A program made the position numbers and the translations under genes. Under the pieces are notes generated by a model. It did not search any database. It had not been told where the DNA came from and worked only from the letters and a program-made list of their open reading frames with translations. Positions 1 to 8,930 of a DNA stretch of 64,000 nucleotides are shown piece by piece; position 1 is the first letter of the stretch, and the number at the start of each line of letters is the position of its first letter. The DNA comes from Escherichia phage VEc20: the sequence record MN022785.1; one strand, written 5' to 3'.

Positions 1-65
1 GCCTTGGTAAAAACGCTTACTTCCGCCGTGTATATGTTAAAGGTATCTAATCTTTGACGATTTAA

Positions 66-95
66 GGGACCTTCGGGTCCCTTTAGTTGTTTTTA
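66..95 (+). terminator. UUCG-tetraloop hairpin (GGGACC-TTCG-GGTCCC) followed by T-rich tract
   Basis: Inverted repeat 66-81 then T-rich run; lies upstream of the gene 24 late promoter. Confidence 0.5.
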
Positions 96-98
96 TGG

Positions 99-106
99 TA
101 TAAATA
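99..106 (+). promoter_or_regulatory. late promoter TATAAATA
   Basis: Exact TATAAATA about 28 nt upstream of the gene 24 ATG; T4 late promoter consensus. Confidence 0.65.
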
Positions 107-133
107 AATCATATAAACCAAAAGGAAAGCGCA

Positions 134-1417
134 ATGGCTAAAATCAACGAACTTCTGCGCGAATCAACCACAACGAATAGCAACTCAATCGGTCGCCCAA
201 ATCTCGTTGCTTTGACTCGCGCTACCACTAAATTAATATATTCTGACATTGTAGCAACGCAAAGAACTAATCAACCTGTTGCTGCTTTTTATGGTATCAA
301 ATACCTTAACCCAGACAATGAATTTACATTTAAAACTGGTGCTACTTACGCTGGCGAAGCTGGATATGTAGACCGAGAACAAATCACAGAATTAACAGAA
401 GAGTCTAAATTAACTCTCAATAAAGGCGATTTATTCAAATATAATAATATCGTTTATAAAGTATTAGAAGATACTCCATTTGCTGATATTGAAGAAAGCG
501 ACTTAGAGTTAGCTCTTCAGATTGCAATTGTTCTTTTAAAGGTTCGTCTATTTTCTGACGCAGCGTCAACAAGCAAATTTGAAAGCTCTGATAGTGAAAT
601 TGCGGATGCTAGATTCCAGATTAATAAATGGCAAACCGCAGTTAAATCTCGTAAACTTAAAACTGGCATCACAGTTGAATTAGCGCAAGATTTAGAAGCA
701 AATGGATTCGATGCTCCTAATTTCTTGGAAGATTTGCTTGCAACTGAAATGGCGGATGAAATAAATAAAGATATTTTACAGTCTTTGATTACAGTGTCAA
801 AACGCTATAAAGTTACAGGAATTACTGATAATGGATTCATCGATTTGAGTTATGCATCTGCACCTGAAGCTGGTCGTTCATTATATCGAATGGTATGTGA
901 AATGGTTTCACATATCCAAAAAGAATCAACTTATACAGCAACATTTTGTGTAGCTTCAGCTCGTGCTGCTGCGATTCTTGCTGCATCAGGTTGGTTAAAA
1001 CATAAACCGGAAGATGATAAATATCTTTCACAAAATGCCTACGGGTTCTTAGCTAATGGTTTACCGCTTTATTGCGATACTAACAGCCCATTAGATTATG
1101 TAATCGTTGGTGTAGTAGAAAATATCGGTGAAAAAGAAATTGTTGGTTCAATTTTCTATGCTCCGTATACAGAAGGTCTTGACTTAGATGACCCTGAACA
1201 TGTAGGTGCATTTAAAGTTGTTGTTGATCCAGAAAGCTTACAACCGTCTATCGGTTTATTAGTTAGATATGCTTTATCAGCAAATCCTTATACCGTAGCA
1301 AAAGATGAAAAAGAAGCAAGAATAATTGATGGTGGAGACATGGATAAAATGGCGGGTCGTTCAGATTTGTCTGTTTTATTAGGTGTTAAATTACCAAAAA
1401 TTATTATTGATGAATAA
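134..1417 (+). CDS. 24: head vertex protein gp24
   Basis: 427-aa ORF recognised as T4 gp24; length matches; late promoter upstream; RBS AAAGGAAAG. Confidence 0.9.
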   Translation: MAKINELLRESTTTNSNSIGRPNLVALTRATTKLIYSDIVATQRTNQPVAAFYGIKYLNPDNEFTFKTGATYAGEAGYVDREQITELTEESKLTLNKGDLFKYNNIVYKVLEDTPFADIEESDLELALQIAIVLLKVRLFSDAASTSKFESSDSEIADARFQINKWQTAVKSRKLKTGITVELAQDLEANGFDAPNFLEDLLATEMADEINKDILQSLITVSKRYKVTGITDNGFIDLSYASAPEAGRSLYRMVCEMVSHIQKESTYTATFCVASARAAAILAASGWLKHKPEDDKYLSQNAYGFLANGLPLYCDTNSPLDYVIVGVVENIGEKEIVGSIFYAPYTEGLDLDDPEHVGAFKVVVDPESLQPSIGLLVRYALSANPYTVAKDEKEARIIDGGDMDKMAGRSDLSVLLGVKLPKIIIDE

Positions 1418-1423
1418 AACAAA

Positions 1424-1448
1424 GGGACCGAAAGGTCCCTTTTTATTT
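1424..1448. terminator. bidirectional intrinsic terminator hairpin
   Basis: GGGACC-GAAA-GGTCCC with A-run before and T-run after; sits between convergent genes 24 and rnlB. Confidence 0.6.
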
Positions 1449-2454
1449 AGCTCACCAACTCAATCCAAGCTGGACGAAGTACATCTTGTACCATTTTAAC
1501 TAATTCCTTTTTAATCAAAGAAGGATTATCTGCTTGAGTTAGAGTAATACCTTCACGAGAAGTTTCTTCCAAAATATCTTGAACAGTTAGCCCCATCACC
1601 TTTCCAAAATCCTTTGGACCAATTTCGCCAATTTTAGAAATAACGTTATTTACGCGGTTTAGTGTAACGTAACAAGCTAAAATTCCAACCAATTTGTTAT
1701 CAGCTTCTGATAGTTCAACTTTAGCTTTAATAGGCTTATCAGACTTTTTCTTTTCACTAAATTTAGAGTTCTTGCATTTAATCGCTACACGAGCACCGTT
1801 TGGCAGCCATTTAGGGAAACAAGGCTTCAGAACATAACCTTCTGCAGTATTATCACCAATAACATTAGCATCAAATACACAATTATTTGCTTCGACAAGG
1901 TCTTCCGATGCCGTAACGTTATAAGCGGCTAAGACGGAATCAAGGTCGTTTGGAATCATGATAAGAGCATCAAATGTTCCACGTCCAAGCATTGGTGCCA
2001 TTTTAAAACCAAACGTATTACAGAAATCTTGCATTTCGTAATCACTCATGTAATAAGTATCACCGCTTTCCGTGTTTATGATGATATCGAATACATAGAA
2101 ATCTTTTTCACCGTAGTCAACACCTTTCTGAATTCCACCACCAGCGAATTCACCAAAGACTTGATATGTCACCGGCATTGAAGTTGAAATACTGTCCATG
2201 ACTTCTTGAACGCCTTTAATAGCTTTATCATACTTTTTGAGTACTATTTCATAGCCATAAAAATCTTCTGCTGGAAGAATAGGGCCAGTACGTTTAGCGC
2301 AAGTTACTTTATCACGCTCAATAATCAATGAGAAATTTGTACCATGAATCTTTTCACGAGCTACCCACTCCCCACCAGTCAATCCCAAGCTATAAAGTTT
2401 TTCAATGAATTTAGAATTGTAATGATTTTCAAGACTGCTATATTTTTTAAACAT
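1447..2454 (-). CDS. rnlB: RNA ligase 2
   Basis: 335-aa ORF starting [12 protein letters not shown] with the KIHGTN adenylation motif; T4 Rnl2 is about 334 aa at this position. Confidence 0.9.
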   Translation of the reverse strand: MFKKYSSLENHYNSKFIEKLYSLGLTGGEWVAREKIHGTNFSLIIERDKVTCAKRTGPILPAEDFYGYEIVLKKYDKAIKGVQEVMDSISTSMPVTYQVFGEFAGGGIQKGVDYGEKDFYVFDIIINTESGDTYYMSDYEMQDFCNTFGFKMAPMLGRGTFDALIMIPNDLDSVLAAYNVTASEDLVEANNCVFDANVIGDNTAEGYVLKPCFPKWLPNGARVAIKCKNSKFSEKKKSDKPIKAKVELSEADNKLVGILACYVTLNRVNNVISKIGEIGPKDFGKVMGLTVQDILEETSREGITLTQADNPSLIKKELVKMVQDVLRPAWIELVS

Positions 2455-2463
2455 AATTAATCC

Positions 2464-2742
2464 TCAAAATGTAATTTCTAACCAATCACCATCACGCTGA
2501 TCACTATTGACTTTAAAGCTGAATCCTTCTTTTCTCAGCCAATCACCAATTTCTTCAGTAATCAATTTATCACGAGCAATACAATAATAATTAAAATGTG
2601 TTTTACCTTGTTCAGCTGCTTTATTAGCAAGTTCCGAAAAATCTTTAATAAAACATTCTAGCTTAAACTGTTTACTTTTGAATGCTTTTTCGCGTAATTG
2701 ATTAGCAAAAGATTCATTTTCATAAAGATCATACTGTTCCAT
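2464..2742 (-). CDS. hypothetical protein (24.2-like)
   Basis: 92-aa ORF tightly packed between rnlB and the next ORF. Confidence 0.5.
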   Translation of the reverse strand: MEQYDLYENESFANQLREKAFKSKQFKLECFIKDFSELANKAAEQGKTHFNYYCIARDKLITEEIGDWLRKEGFSFKVNSDQRDGDWLEITF

Positions 2743-2944
2743 TTTTCACCTTTTTATTGATATGTCTTTTTCTATAGACAACTTTTTCTCGAGTTTCAAA
2801 TTTATTCTTAGCAGTCATAGCTCGAGCCCATAATACAGCCACTTCTTTTGCCTGTAAGTTTAATTCACGAGCAATTTCAATGAATGACTTTCCAGACTCA
2901 TGAAGAGTAAACACCACAACCTCAGTTCTCATAATCAATCTCAT
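2729..2944 (-). CDS. hypothetical protein (24.3-like)
   Basis: 71-aa ORF overlapping its neighbour by 14 nt. Confidence 0.5.
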   Translation of the reverse strand: MRLIMRTEVVVFTLHESGKSFIEIARELNLQAKEVAVLWARAMTAKNKFETREKVVYRKRHINKKVKNGTV

Positions 2945-3000
2945 GTTATCGAGTTGGTGCCATTATATACATCATTTTCTGATTGTGTTTTGTGTGCTTT

Positions 3001-3027
3001 CAAAATGAAGAAAGGGGCCGAAGCCCC
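3001..3027 (-). terminator. intrinsic terminator downstream of hoc
   Basis: GGGGC-CGAA-GCCCC (UUCG loop in minus-strand RNA) followed on the minus strand by TTTCTTCATTTT. Confidence 0.55.
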
Positions 3028-3033
3028 TTATGA

Positions 3034-4452
3034 TTATGGATAGGTATAGATGATACCAGTTTCTAAAGCAGTTTTATGAATGATATATCCATTACGCGAT
3101 TCTTGGACATCAACTTCTGGATAGTCTTTCATCATCTTCTGAAGAGTGTAACGATGCAGGTAGTATTTACTATCTGGATCTTCAGTTTTCCAATCTTTAC
3201 CTTCTTCAGTCATTTTTTGAATTTCATCCATAACCCACCAACCGCACCAGATGTAAGCTGAGCTACGGTGTGGAAGAGGATGAACATAAGGTAATTCACC
3301 TTCTGGTTCTGGAGCAACTTTATCAGTTACCTGAACTTGACCTTCTGCCGTAATAGTTTTGCTATCATAATCAGCAGCAGTAACAGTTGCAGTAACTTCA
3401 ATAGTTTGACTTCCAATAGATGAGGTATCAACAGTATATACGTTAGTTGACCCTTCCACAGGAGAAGAATCTTTCTTCCATGAGTAAGTAATTTGTGCTG
3501 CTTCAGGTGCGCCATTAACATTAGCAGTAAATGTAGCCGAAGCATCTTGCTGAACATTAATAGAAGGAGGAGTCAATGTAACCTGTGGATTCATTGTCTT
3601 CTTATTAACTGTCAATGATACTTCATTGGAAGTAACTTCCTTTTCATTATAATTTTCTGCAGTTACTTGGGCTACGCATTTAATTCTTTTTACTCCACTT
3701 GTAGTTGGAGTATAGTTAAATGTAGAGTTAGTTTCTCCACCAACTTGTGAATCATCTACATACCACTGATACGTAGCAGACGCTCCGTCAGGTTGAGAAG
3801 CTAATGCAGCAGTAAATTGAACCGGGGTTCCAATTACTCCAGCAGCAGGACTAGCAGGAGTTACTGCCAAGGTAGTTGTCTGTGTCTTTTTATTAACTGT
3901 CAATGATACTTCATTGGAAGTAACGCTCAGTGCATCATAATCTGTCGCAGTTACTTGAGCTACACACTTAATTTTTTTAACTCCGCTTGTAGTAGGAGTA
4001 TAATTGAATGTAGCAGAAGTTGCTTCGCTCACAGGAGAACCGTCAACGTACCATTGATACGTAGCAGATGCGCCCGATGGCTGTGAAGCTAAGGCAGCAG
4101 TAAATTCAACGGCTGTTCCGATTACTCCTTCTGGAGGACTATTAGGAGTTACAGCTAAGGTAGTTGTTTGTGTCTTATTTTGAACTGTGATAGTTGTACT
4201 AATTTCAGCTGTTTCAGCTTCAGAATCAGGAATAGTATTTGTTGCAACTACCTTAATAGTCTTTTGACCAGCAGGTCCTTTTAATACATAATCAAAAGTT
4301 GCTGCTGATCCTTCTTGGGGAGCATTATCTACGCTCCAAGCATAGGTAATAGTTCCACCTCCAGTTTCACCACTGGGTGTAGCAGTAAACTGCTTGGTTT
4401 CATCAATAACCCCTGTCGGTGTTTTAGGAGTTATATCAACTGTAAAAGTCAT
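3034..4452 (-). CDS. hoc: highly immunogenic outer capsid protein Hoc with an extra Ig-like domain
   Basis: 472-aa ORF starting MTFTVDITPKTPTG with the conserved C-terminal capsid-binding region; two tandem ~96-aa Ig-like repeats of about 85% identity. Confidence 0.85.
   Translation of the reverse strand: MTFTVDITPKTPTGVIDETKQFTATPSGETGGGTITYAWSVDNAPQEGSAATFDYVLKGPAGQKTIKVVATNTIPDSEAETAEISTTITVQNKTQTTTLAVTPNSPPEGVIGTAVEFTAALASQPSGASATYQWYVDGSPVSEATSATFNYTPTTSGVKKIKCVAQVTATDYDALSVTSNEVSLTVNKKTQTTTLAVTPASPAAGVIGTPVQFTAALASQPDGASATYQWYVDDSQVGGETNSTFNYTPTTSGVKRIKCVAQVTAENYNEKEVTSNEVSLTVNKKTMNPQVTLTPPSINVQQDASATFTANVNGAPEAAQITYSWKKDSSPVEGSTNVYTVDTSSIGSQTIEVTATVTAADYDSKTITAEGQVQVTDKVAPEPEGELPYVHPLPHRSSAYIWCGWWVMDEIQKMTEEGKDWKTEDPDSKYYLHRYTLQKMMKDYPEVDVQESRNGYIIHKTALETGIIYTYP
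3601..4176 (-). repeat. tandem in-frame duplication (2 x 288 bp) inside hoc
   Basis: Sequence ttattaactgtcaatgatacttcattggaagtaac recurs at 3602 and 3890 (offset 288 bp); encodes two similar Ig-like domains. Confidence 0.85.
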
Positions 4453-4461
4453 AAGTTATCC

Positions 4462-5142
4462 TTATTTTAATGTTACGAAAGAAGAATTACGTGTTTCACG
4501 AATTAGAACTGATCCGTCACGATTAATGTAGTAAATTAAGCTAAATAAAGTTTGGTGTGCCGACGCATGTTCAAAACTAGTTGGATGAGATTTCCAATCA
4601 GGAGTTTCAGCGATCCATTGATAAATCCACCAAGGAACCGTACAGAATCCTGGATTTTTCCCCAATAATTGAAGATTCGGGCTAAAGTTTTCCGGAAGAG
4701 TAAATACAGACGGCTTTTCAGATTCAATAATCTCAGCTACAGCTTGTTCGAATTTTTCTTCAACAAAAGGAGTATCTTCAATCAAAACATCAGTATTTTC
4801 AGGAATTTTATCCGTTTCTACCACTTCAATTTTAATATCAGATTTAACTGGAGAATCAATCAGAAGTGCTGCTTCTGGATTAACTTCTTCATCGTCATAT
4901 TTTAACCCCTCTGCAGCATCAGCAGCATCAATTAAGTCTTTAATAGATAACCCATCAGTCTCTGGCATAGGTTCACTAGCGAGCTTCTGGAGGGCTTCTT
5001 CAATATCAGCAACGATATTATCAAAAGATTTATTCTTTTTGACCTTTATACCAAACTGTTCAGCATATTCAGCTAATTTAGCTTTAGCTTCTTTATTATC
5101 ATCAAGAGCCTTCAGCTCTGCAATATAATCTTTATCTATCAT
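4462..5142 (-). CDS. inh: prohead protease inhibitor Inh-like protein
   Basis: 226-aa ORF immediately upstream of hoc; position and length match T4 inh. Confidence 0.7.
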   Translation of the reverse strand: MIDKDYIAELKALDDNKEAKAKLAEYAEQFGIKVKKNKSFDNIVADIEEALQKLASEPMPETDGLSIKDLIDAADAAEGLKYDDEEVNPEAALLIDSPVKSDIKIEVVETDKIPENTDVLIEDTPFVEEKFEQAVAEIIESEKPSVFTLPENFSPNLQLLGKNPGFCTVPWWIYQWIAETPDWKSHPTSFEHASAHQTLFSLIYYINRDGSVLIRETRNSSFVTLK

Positions 5143-5155
5143 AATATTTCCTCAG

Positions 5156-5163
5156 TATAAATA
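5156..5163 (+). promoter_or_regulatory. late promoter TATAAATA
   Basis: Exact TATAAATA 29 nt upstream of the segE-like ATG. Confidence 0.6.
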
Positions 5164-5191
5164 TAGATATATTTATTACTCGGAAAATAGT

Positions 5192-5809
5192 ATGTACCAC
5201 TTTGTATATGAAACAACAAATCTAATAAATGGTAAAAAGTATATAGGAAAACACTCTACTGATGACTTGAATGATGGTTACCTTGGTTCCGGTAAGGCAA
5301 TTCAGCAGGCTATAAAGAAATATGGTGAAAACAATTTCTCTAGAACAATACTAAAAGAGTTTAAAACTTCCGAAGAAGCGTACATGTATGAAGAAGAAAT
5401 TATAACTCCTGAACTAATAAAAAGCAAAAATTATTATAATATGAAACCTGGTGGAATTGGTGGAATTGTTATGACTACAGAGGTTATAGCAAAGATGAAA
5501 GAATCTTCCGCTAAAAGATTTGAAAACTCACCAGGCACGGTATTAGGTAAAACTTGTTACACCAATGGAACTAAAAATATTTTTATTAAACCTGGAGAAC
5601 TTGTTCCAGAAGGATTTGTAAAAGGGATGGTTCATCCTAATAGAAAGTCCAGAAAAGGATGTAAAGTCAAACCGACTACCACAGGAACTTTTTGGGTCAA
5701 TAATGGCGCAATAAATAAATTAATACAACCAGACGGTATTATTCCCGACGGATTTATTAAAGGTCGTCTCATGAAAAGAGATTCTAAAGGCAAATTTAGT
5801 AAGGCATAA
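5192..5809 (+). CDS. segE: GIY-YIG homing endonuclease (segE-like)
   Basis: 205-aa ORF; N-terminal GIY-YIG motif YHFVYETTN...KKYIGK; sits between inh and uvsW where T4 carries segE. Confidence 0.65.
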   Translation: MYHFVYETTNLINGKKYIGKHSTDDLNDGYLGSGKAIQQAIKKYGENNFSRTILKEFKTSEEAYMYEEEIITPELIKSKNYYNMKPGGIGGIVMTTEVIAKMKESSAKRFENSPGTVLGKTCYTNGTKNIFIKPGELVPEGFVKGMVHPNRKSRKGCKVKPTTTGTFWVNNGAINKLIQPDGIIPDGFIKGRLMKRDSKGKFSKA

Positions 5810-5811
5810 TT

Positions 5812-7320
5812 ATGGATATTAAAGTACATTTTCACGACTTCAGTCATGTACGCATCGATTGTGAAGAGAGCACGTTCCACGAATTAAGAGATTTCTTTTC
5901 GTTTGAGGCCGATGGATATAGATTTAACCCTCGCTTCAGATATGGCAACTGGGATGGGCGAATCCGTCTTTTAGATTATAATCGTCTTCTTCCATTCGGC
6001 TTAGTCGGGCAAATTAAAAAGTTCTGCGATAACTTTGGCTATAAAGCCTGGATTGACCCACAGATTAACGAAAAAGAAGAATTATCAAGAAAAGATTTTG
6101 ATGAATGGCTTTCTAAATTAGAAATCTATTCAGGAAATAAAAGAATTGAACCGCATTGGTATCAAAAAGATGCAGTGTTCGAAGGATTAGTTAATCGTCG
6201 TAGAATTCTTAATCTTCCAACATCCGCTGGTAAATCGTTAATTCAAGCTTTGCTTGCGCGATATTATTTGGAAAATTATGAAGGTAAAATTCTTATCATT
6301 GTTCCAACAACTGCTCTAACAACTCAGATGGCTGATGACTTCGTTGACTATCGTTTATTCAGTCATGCAATGATAAAGAAAATTGGTGGCGGAGCATCAA
6401 AAGATGATAAATATAAAAATGATGCACCAGTCGTTGTTGGTACATGGCAAACTGTAGTAAAACAACCGAAAGAATGGTTCTCACAGTTTGGAATGATGAT
6501 GAATGATGAATGCCATCTTGCTACAGGAAAAAGTATTTCATCTATCATATCAGGTTTAAATAACTGCATGTTCAAATTTGGTCTATCTGGTTCATTACGT
6601 GATGGCAAAGCCAATATCATGCAGTATGTTGGAATGTTTGGTGAAATATTTAAGCCAGTAACGACTTCTAAGTTAATGGAAGATGGACAAGTAACTGAGC
6701 TAAAAATTAATAGTATTTTTCTTCGCTATCCCGATGAGTTCACTACTAAATTAAAGGGAAAAACTTATCAAGAAGAAATAAAAATTATTACGGGGCTTAG
6801 TAAAAGAAATAAATGGATCGCTAAATTGGCTATTAAGCTTGCACAAAAAGATGAAAACGCTTTTGTCATGTTTAAACATGTATCACATGGTAAAGCTATT
6901 TTCGATTTAATTAAAAATGAATACGATAAAGTTTATTACGTATCAGGGGAAGTTGATACCGAAACCCGCAATATAATGAAAACCTTAGCTGAAAATGGTA
7001 AAGGAATAATTATAGTAGCTAGTTATGGTGTATTTTCTACTGGTATTTCAGTTAAAAATCTGCATCACGTTGTTTTAGCGCACGGTGTTAAATCAAAAAT
7101 CATTGTATTACAAACAATCGGTCGTGTATTACGTAAGCATGGTTCTAAAACAATCGCAACAGTCTGGGACCTCATAGATGACTGTGGTGTCAAGCCAAAA
7201 TCTGCTAATACTAAAAAGAAATATGTTCACTTGAACTATCTTTTAAAACACGGCATTGATCGTATTCAGCGCTACGCAGATGAAAAATTTAATTACGTAA
7301 TGAAAACAGTTAATTTATAA
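5812..7320 (+). CDS. uvsW: UvsW DNA helicase
   Basis: 502-aa ORF with Walker A (PTSAGKS) and DECH box. Confidence 0.9.
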   Translation: MDIKVHFHDFSHVRIDCEESTFHELRDFFSFEADGYRFNPRFRYGNWDGRIRLLDYNRLLPFGLVGQIKKFCDNFGYKAWIDPQINEKEELSRKDFDEWLSKLEIYSGNKRIEPHWYQKDAVFEGLVNRRRILNLPTSAGKSLIQALLARYYLENYEGKILIIVPTTALTTQMADDFVDYRLFSHAMIKKIGGGASKDDKYKNDAPVVVGTWQTVVKQPKEWFSQFGMMMNDECHLATGKSISSIISGLNNCMFKFGLSGSLRDGKANIMQYVGMFGEIFKPVTTSKLMEDGQVTELKINSIFLRYPDEFTTKLKGKTYQEEIKIITGLSKRNKWIAKLAIKLAQKDENAFVMFKHVSHGKAIFDLIKNEYDKVYYVSGEVDTETRNIMKTLAENGKGIIIVASYGVFSTGISVKNLHHVVLAHGVKSKIIVLQTIGRVLRKHGSKTIATVWDLIDDCGVKPKSANTKKKYVHLNYLLKHGIDRIQRYADEKFNYVMKTVNL

Positions 7321-7336
7321 GGGCTTCGGCCCTTTG
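7320..7336 (+). terminator. short UUCG hairpin after uvsW
   Basis: GGGC-TTCG-GCCC followed by TTT; weak. Confidence 0.3.
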
Positions 7337-7345
7337 GAGAAAAAG

Positions 7346-7576
7346 ATGTTACTAGAATTTAAACAATTTCTTTATGAAGCTTCTATTGATGAATTTATGG
7401 GTAAAATTGCCTCTTGTCAAACATTAGAAGGTTTAGAAGAACTTGAAGCTTATTATAAGAAAAGAGTTAAAGAAACTGAATTAAAAGATACTGATGACAT
7501 CTCAGTCAGAGATGCTTTGGCAGGAAAAAGAGCTGAATTAGAAGATTCAGACGATGAAGTAGAAGAAAGCTTTTAA
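7346..7576 (+). CDS. uvsW.1: UvsW.1-like small acidic protein
   Basis: 76-aa ORF from the first ATG (7346) with GGAG RBS; the supplied ORF starts at an upstream TTG. Confidence 0.6.
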   Translation: MLLEFKQFLYEASIDEFMGKIASCQTLEGLEELEAYYKKRVKETELKDTDDISVRDALAGKRAELEDSDDEVEESF

Positions 7577-7577
7577 A

Positions 7578-7608
7578 TTAAAAAAGGCCCAACCAAAAAG
7601 GAAGGGCC
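7578..7608 (-). terminator. hairpin with minus-strand U-run
   Basis: GGCCC...GGGCC stem; on the minus strand followed by CTTTTTTAAT; downstream of the uvsY operon. Confidence 0.4.
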
Positions 7609-7631
7609 AAAACTATAGACTAAAGGTCACA

Positions 7632-7799
7632 CTATAGCAAAAGTTGCGTTTCATTTAATTGTTCTTCCGAACTTTCTGAAACTGGTAGTTCTTTAATGTA
7701 ATTATAGCAAGGCCCAGGATGTACAGGACCTTTGTCTGTTTCAACAACCAATGCAGAATCGATTGGAGTTTTACAGACAACACAAATCTTATCTGACAT
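7632..7799 (-). CDS. small Cys-containing protein (uvsY.-2-like), 55 aa
   Basis: Hand-translated MSDKICVVCKTPIDS...HPGPCYNY; strong RBS GAGGAG; late promoter immediately upstream; below the 60-aa ORF cutoff. Confidence 0.45.
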   Translation of the reverse strand: MSDKICVVCKTPIDSALVVETDKGPVHPGPCYNYIKELPVSESSEEQLNETQLLL

Positions 7800-7824
7800 G
7801 ATTGTCTCCTCTGAATTATATATC

Positions 7825-7832
7825 TATTTATA
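7825..7832 (-). promoter_or_regulatory. late promoter TATAAATA (minus strand)
   Basis: Plus-strand tatttata = minus-strand TATAAATA, about 26 nt upstream of the 55-aa ORF. Confidence 0.5.
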
Positions 7833-8052
7833 CAACTCTCATATGCATATCAATGCCCATATCTTTAGAATAAAAATATTCATCAAGATATCCGGCAAAT
7901 TTTCCTTTAATATAAAGAACATCTTCACCGCACGGGTGGTCAGCCAGGATACGAATATCCTGACGCTTGAGATTATACTTTTTCATTAAGAATTGAATTT
8001 CCGTTTCAAATTCTTCTTCATAATTAAAAGCATCATCAATGCTATATCTCAT
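7828..8052 (-). CDS. hypothetical protein (uvsY.-1-like)
   Basis: 74-aa ORF; TAATG stop/start overlap with uvsY. Confidence 0.55.
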   Translation of the reverse strand: MRYSIDDAFNYEEEFETEIQFLMKKYNLKRQDIRILADHPCGEDVLYIKGKFAGYLDEYFYSKDMGIDMHMRVV

Positions 8053-8465
8053 TATTTTCCAGCCTCAAATGCTCGCATGTCTTGAATATGCTTAATAGCA
8101 AATCCACGTGATTTAATAGCATCAAGAGCTCCGCTACAGAAATCTAATAAAATCCCCCAATACTGTAACGAGGTATCAACCTTTAAAACATCCTTATCAG
8201 CTGATAGAACTGTCTTCATTTCTGATTTCTCGTAACGATCCATACTAAATTCATCACCATCTCCTCGTCCCGAGTAGTAGTCTAATTTAGCTTTAAGAGC
8301 AACTTTTTTCTGTGCTTCAATTCTAAGCATTTCCTTTTTAATACTTGAATGCTTATTAAGCCATTTACTATATAACATCACATTATTAGCTGCTTCATAT
8401 TGTAATTTAGTCGAATCTATAAACACATCTTTCTTCAATTCTTCTTGAAGATCTTCTAATTTCAT
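8052..8465 (-). CDS. uvsY: recombination mediator UvsY
   Basis: 137-aa ORF, the T4 UvsY length, between genes 25 and uvsW. Confidence 0.9.
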   Translation of the reverse strand: MKLEDLQEELKKDVFIDSTKLQYEAANNVMLYSKWLNKHSSIKKEMLRIEAQKKVALKAKLDYYSGRGDGDEFSMDRYEKSEMKTVLSADKDVLKVDTSLQYWGILLDFCSGALDAIKSRGFAIKHIQDMRAFEAGK

Positions 8466-8505
8466 ACTGTTCTCTATTCAATTGTTATTGGATGGACTTA
8501 GATTC

Positions 8506-8531
8506 ATTATACCACGTTTATACGTGAAGCA
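8506..8531 (-). promoter_or_regulatory. MotA-dependent middle promoter of uvsY
   Basis: Minus strand reads aATGCTTCA-N13-TATAAT; MotA box centred near -30, directly abutting the gene 25 stop codon. Confidence 0.6.
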
Positions 8532-8930
8532 TTATACTCTATTACTGGAAGCCAGTTGCAGTTTTATCTGCTCAATATCATCAGGGTTATCAATGACCGA
8601 AAAGCGTATTTCTACTATCAGAGTATAATCATCATAAACCGGTATTACATTAACTGCTAATTTATCAATACGTGGCTCATAGTTTCTTACTGCGCTTTCG
8701 ATGTTACGCTCAACCGTATCAGCAGTAAGAGGAGTCATATTTTCAAAAAGCTGATCTGATAAATCACATCCAAATTCAGGGTCAAAAGGTCTCGACCCCT
8801 TTCTGGTTGTAATAATTCCTAAAAGACTGTTTTTAATTGACCTTAATCCAAGAGATCTGGAAACGTCTTTGTCCCAATCCATTTTCATTTCTGGGTCAAT
8901 GTCAGAATAAAGCTTATTAATATTTGCCAT
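8532..8930 (-). CDS. 25: baseplate wedge protein gp25
   Basis: 132-aa ORF, T4 gp25 length and position. Confidence 0.85.
   Translation of the reverse strand: MANINKLYSDIDPEMKMDWDKDVSRSLGLRSIKNSLLGIITTRKGSRPFDPEFGCDLSDQLFENMTPLTADTVERNIESAVRNYEPRIDKLAVNVIPVYDDYTLIVEIRFSVIDNPDDIEQIKLQLASSNRV

Noticed and set aside
837-1031. Antisense and alternative-frame ORFs inside large genes (e.g. 837-1031 in gene 24, 6363-6620 in uvsW, 13145-13408 in gene 29, 17967-18433 in alt, 46316-46558 in gene 34, 50662-51051 and 53153-53500 in gene 37)
   Set aside because: Each is fully embedded in a confidently identified gene on the other strand or frame, with no RBS or promoter of its own.
3601-4176. Possible CRISPR-like or satellite repeat suggested by a 288-bp periodic signal
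   Set aside because: It is an in-frame tandem duplication of an Ig-like domain inside hoc; there are only two units, no short spacers and no cas genes.
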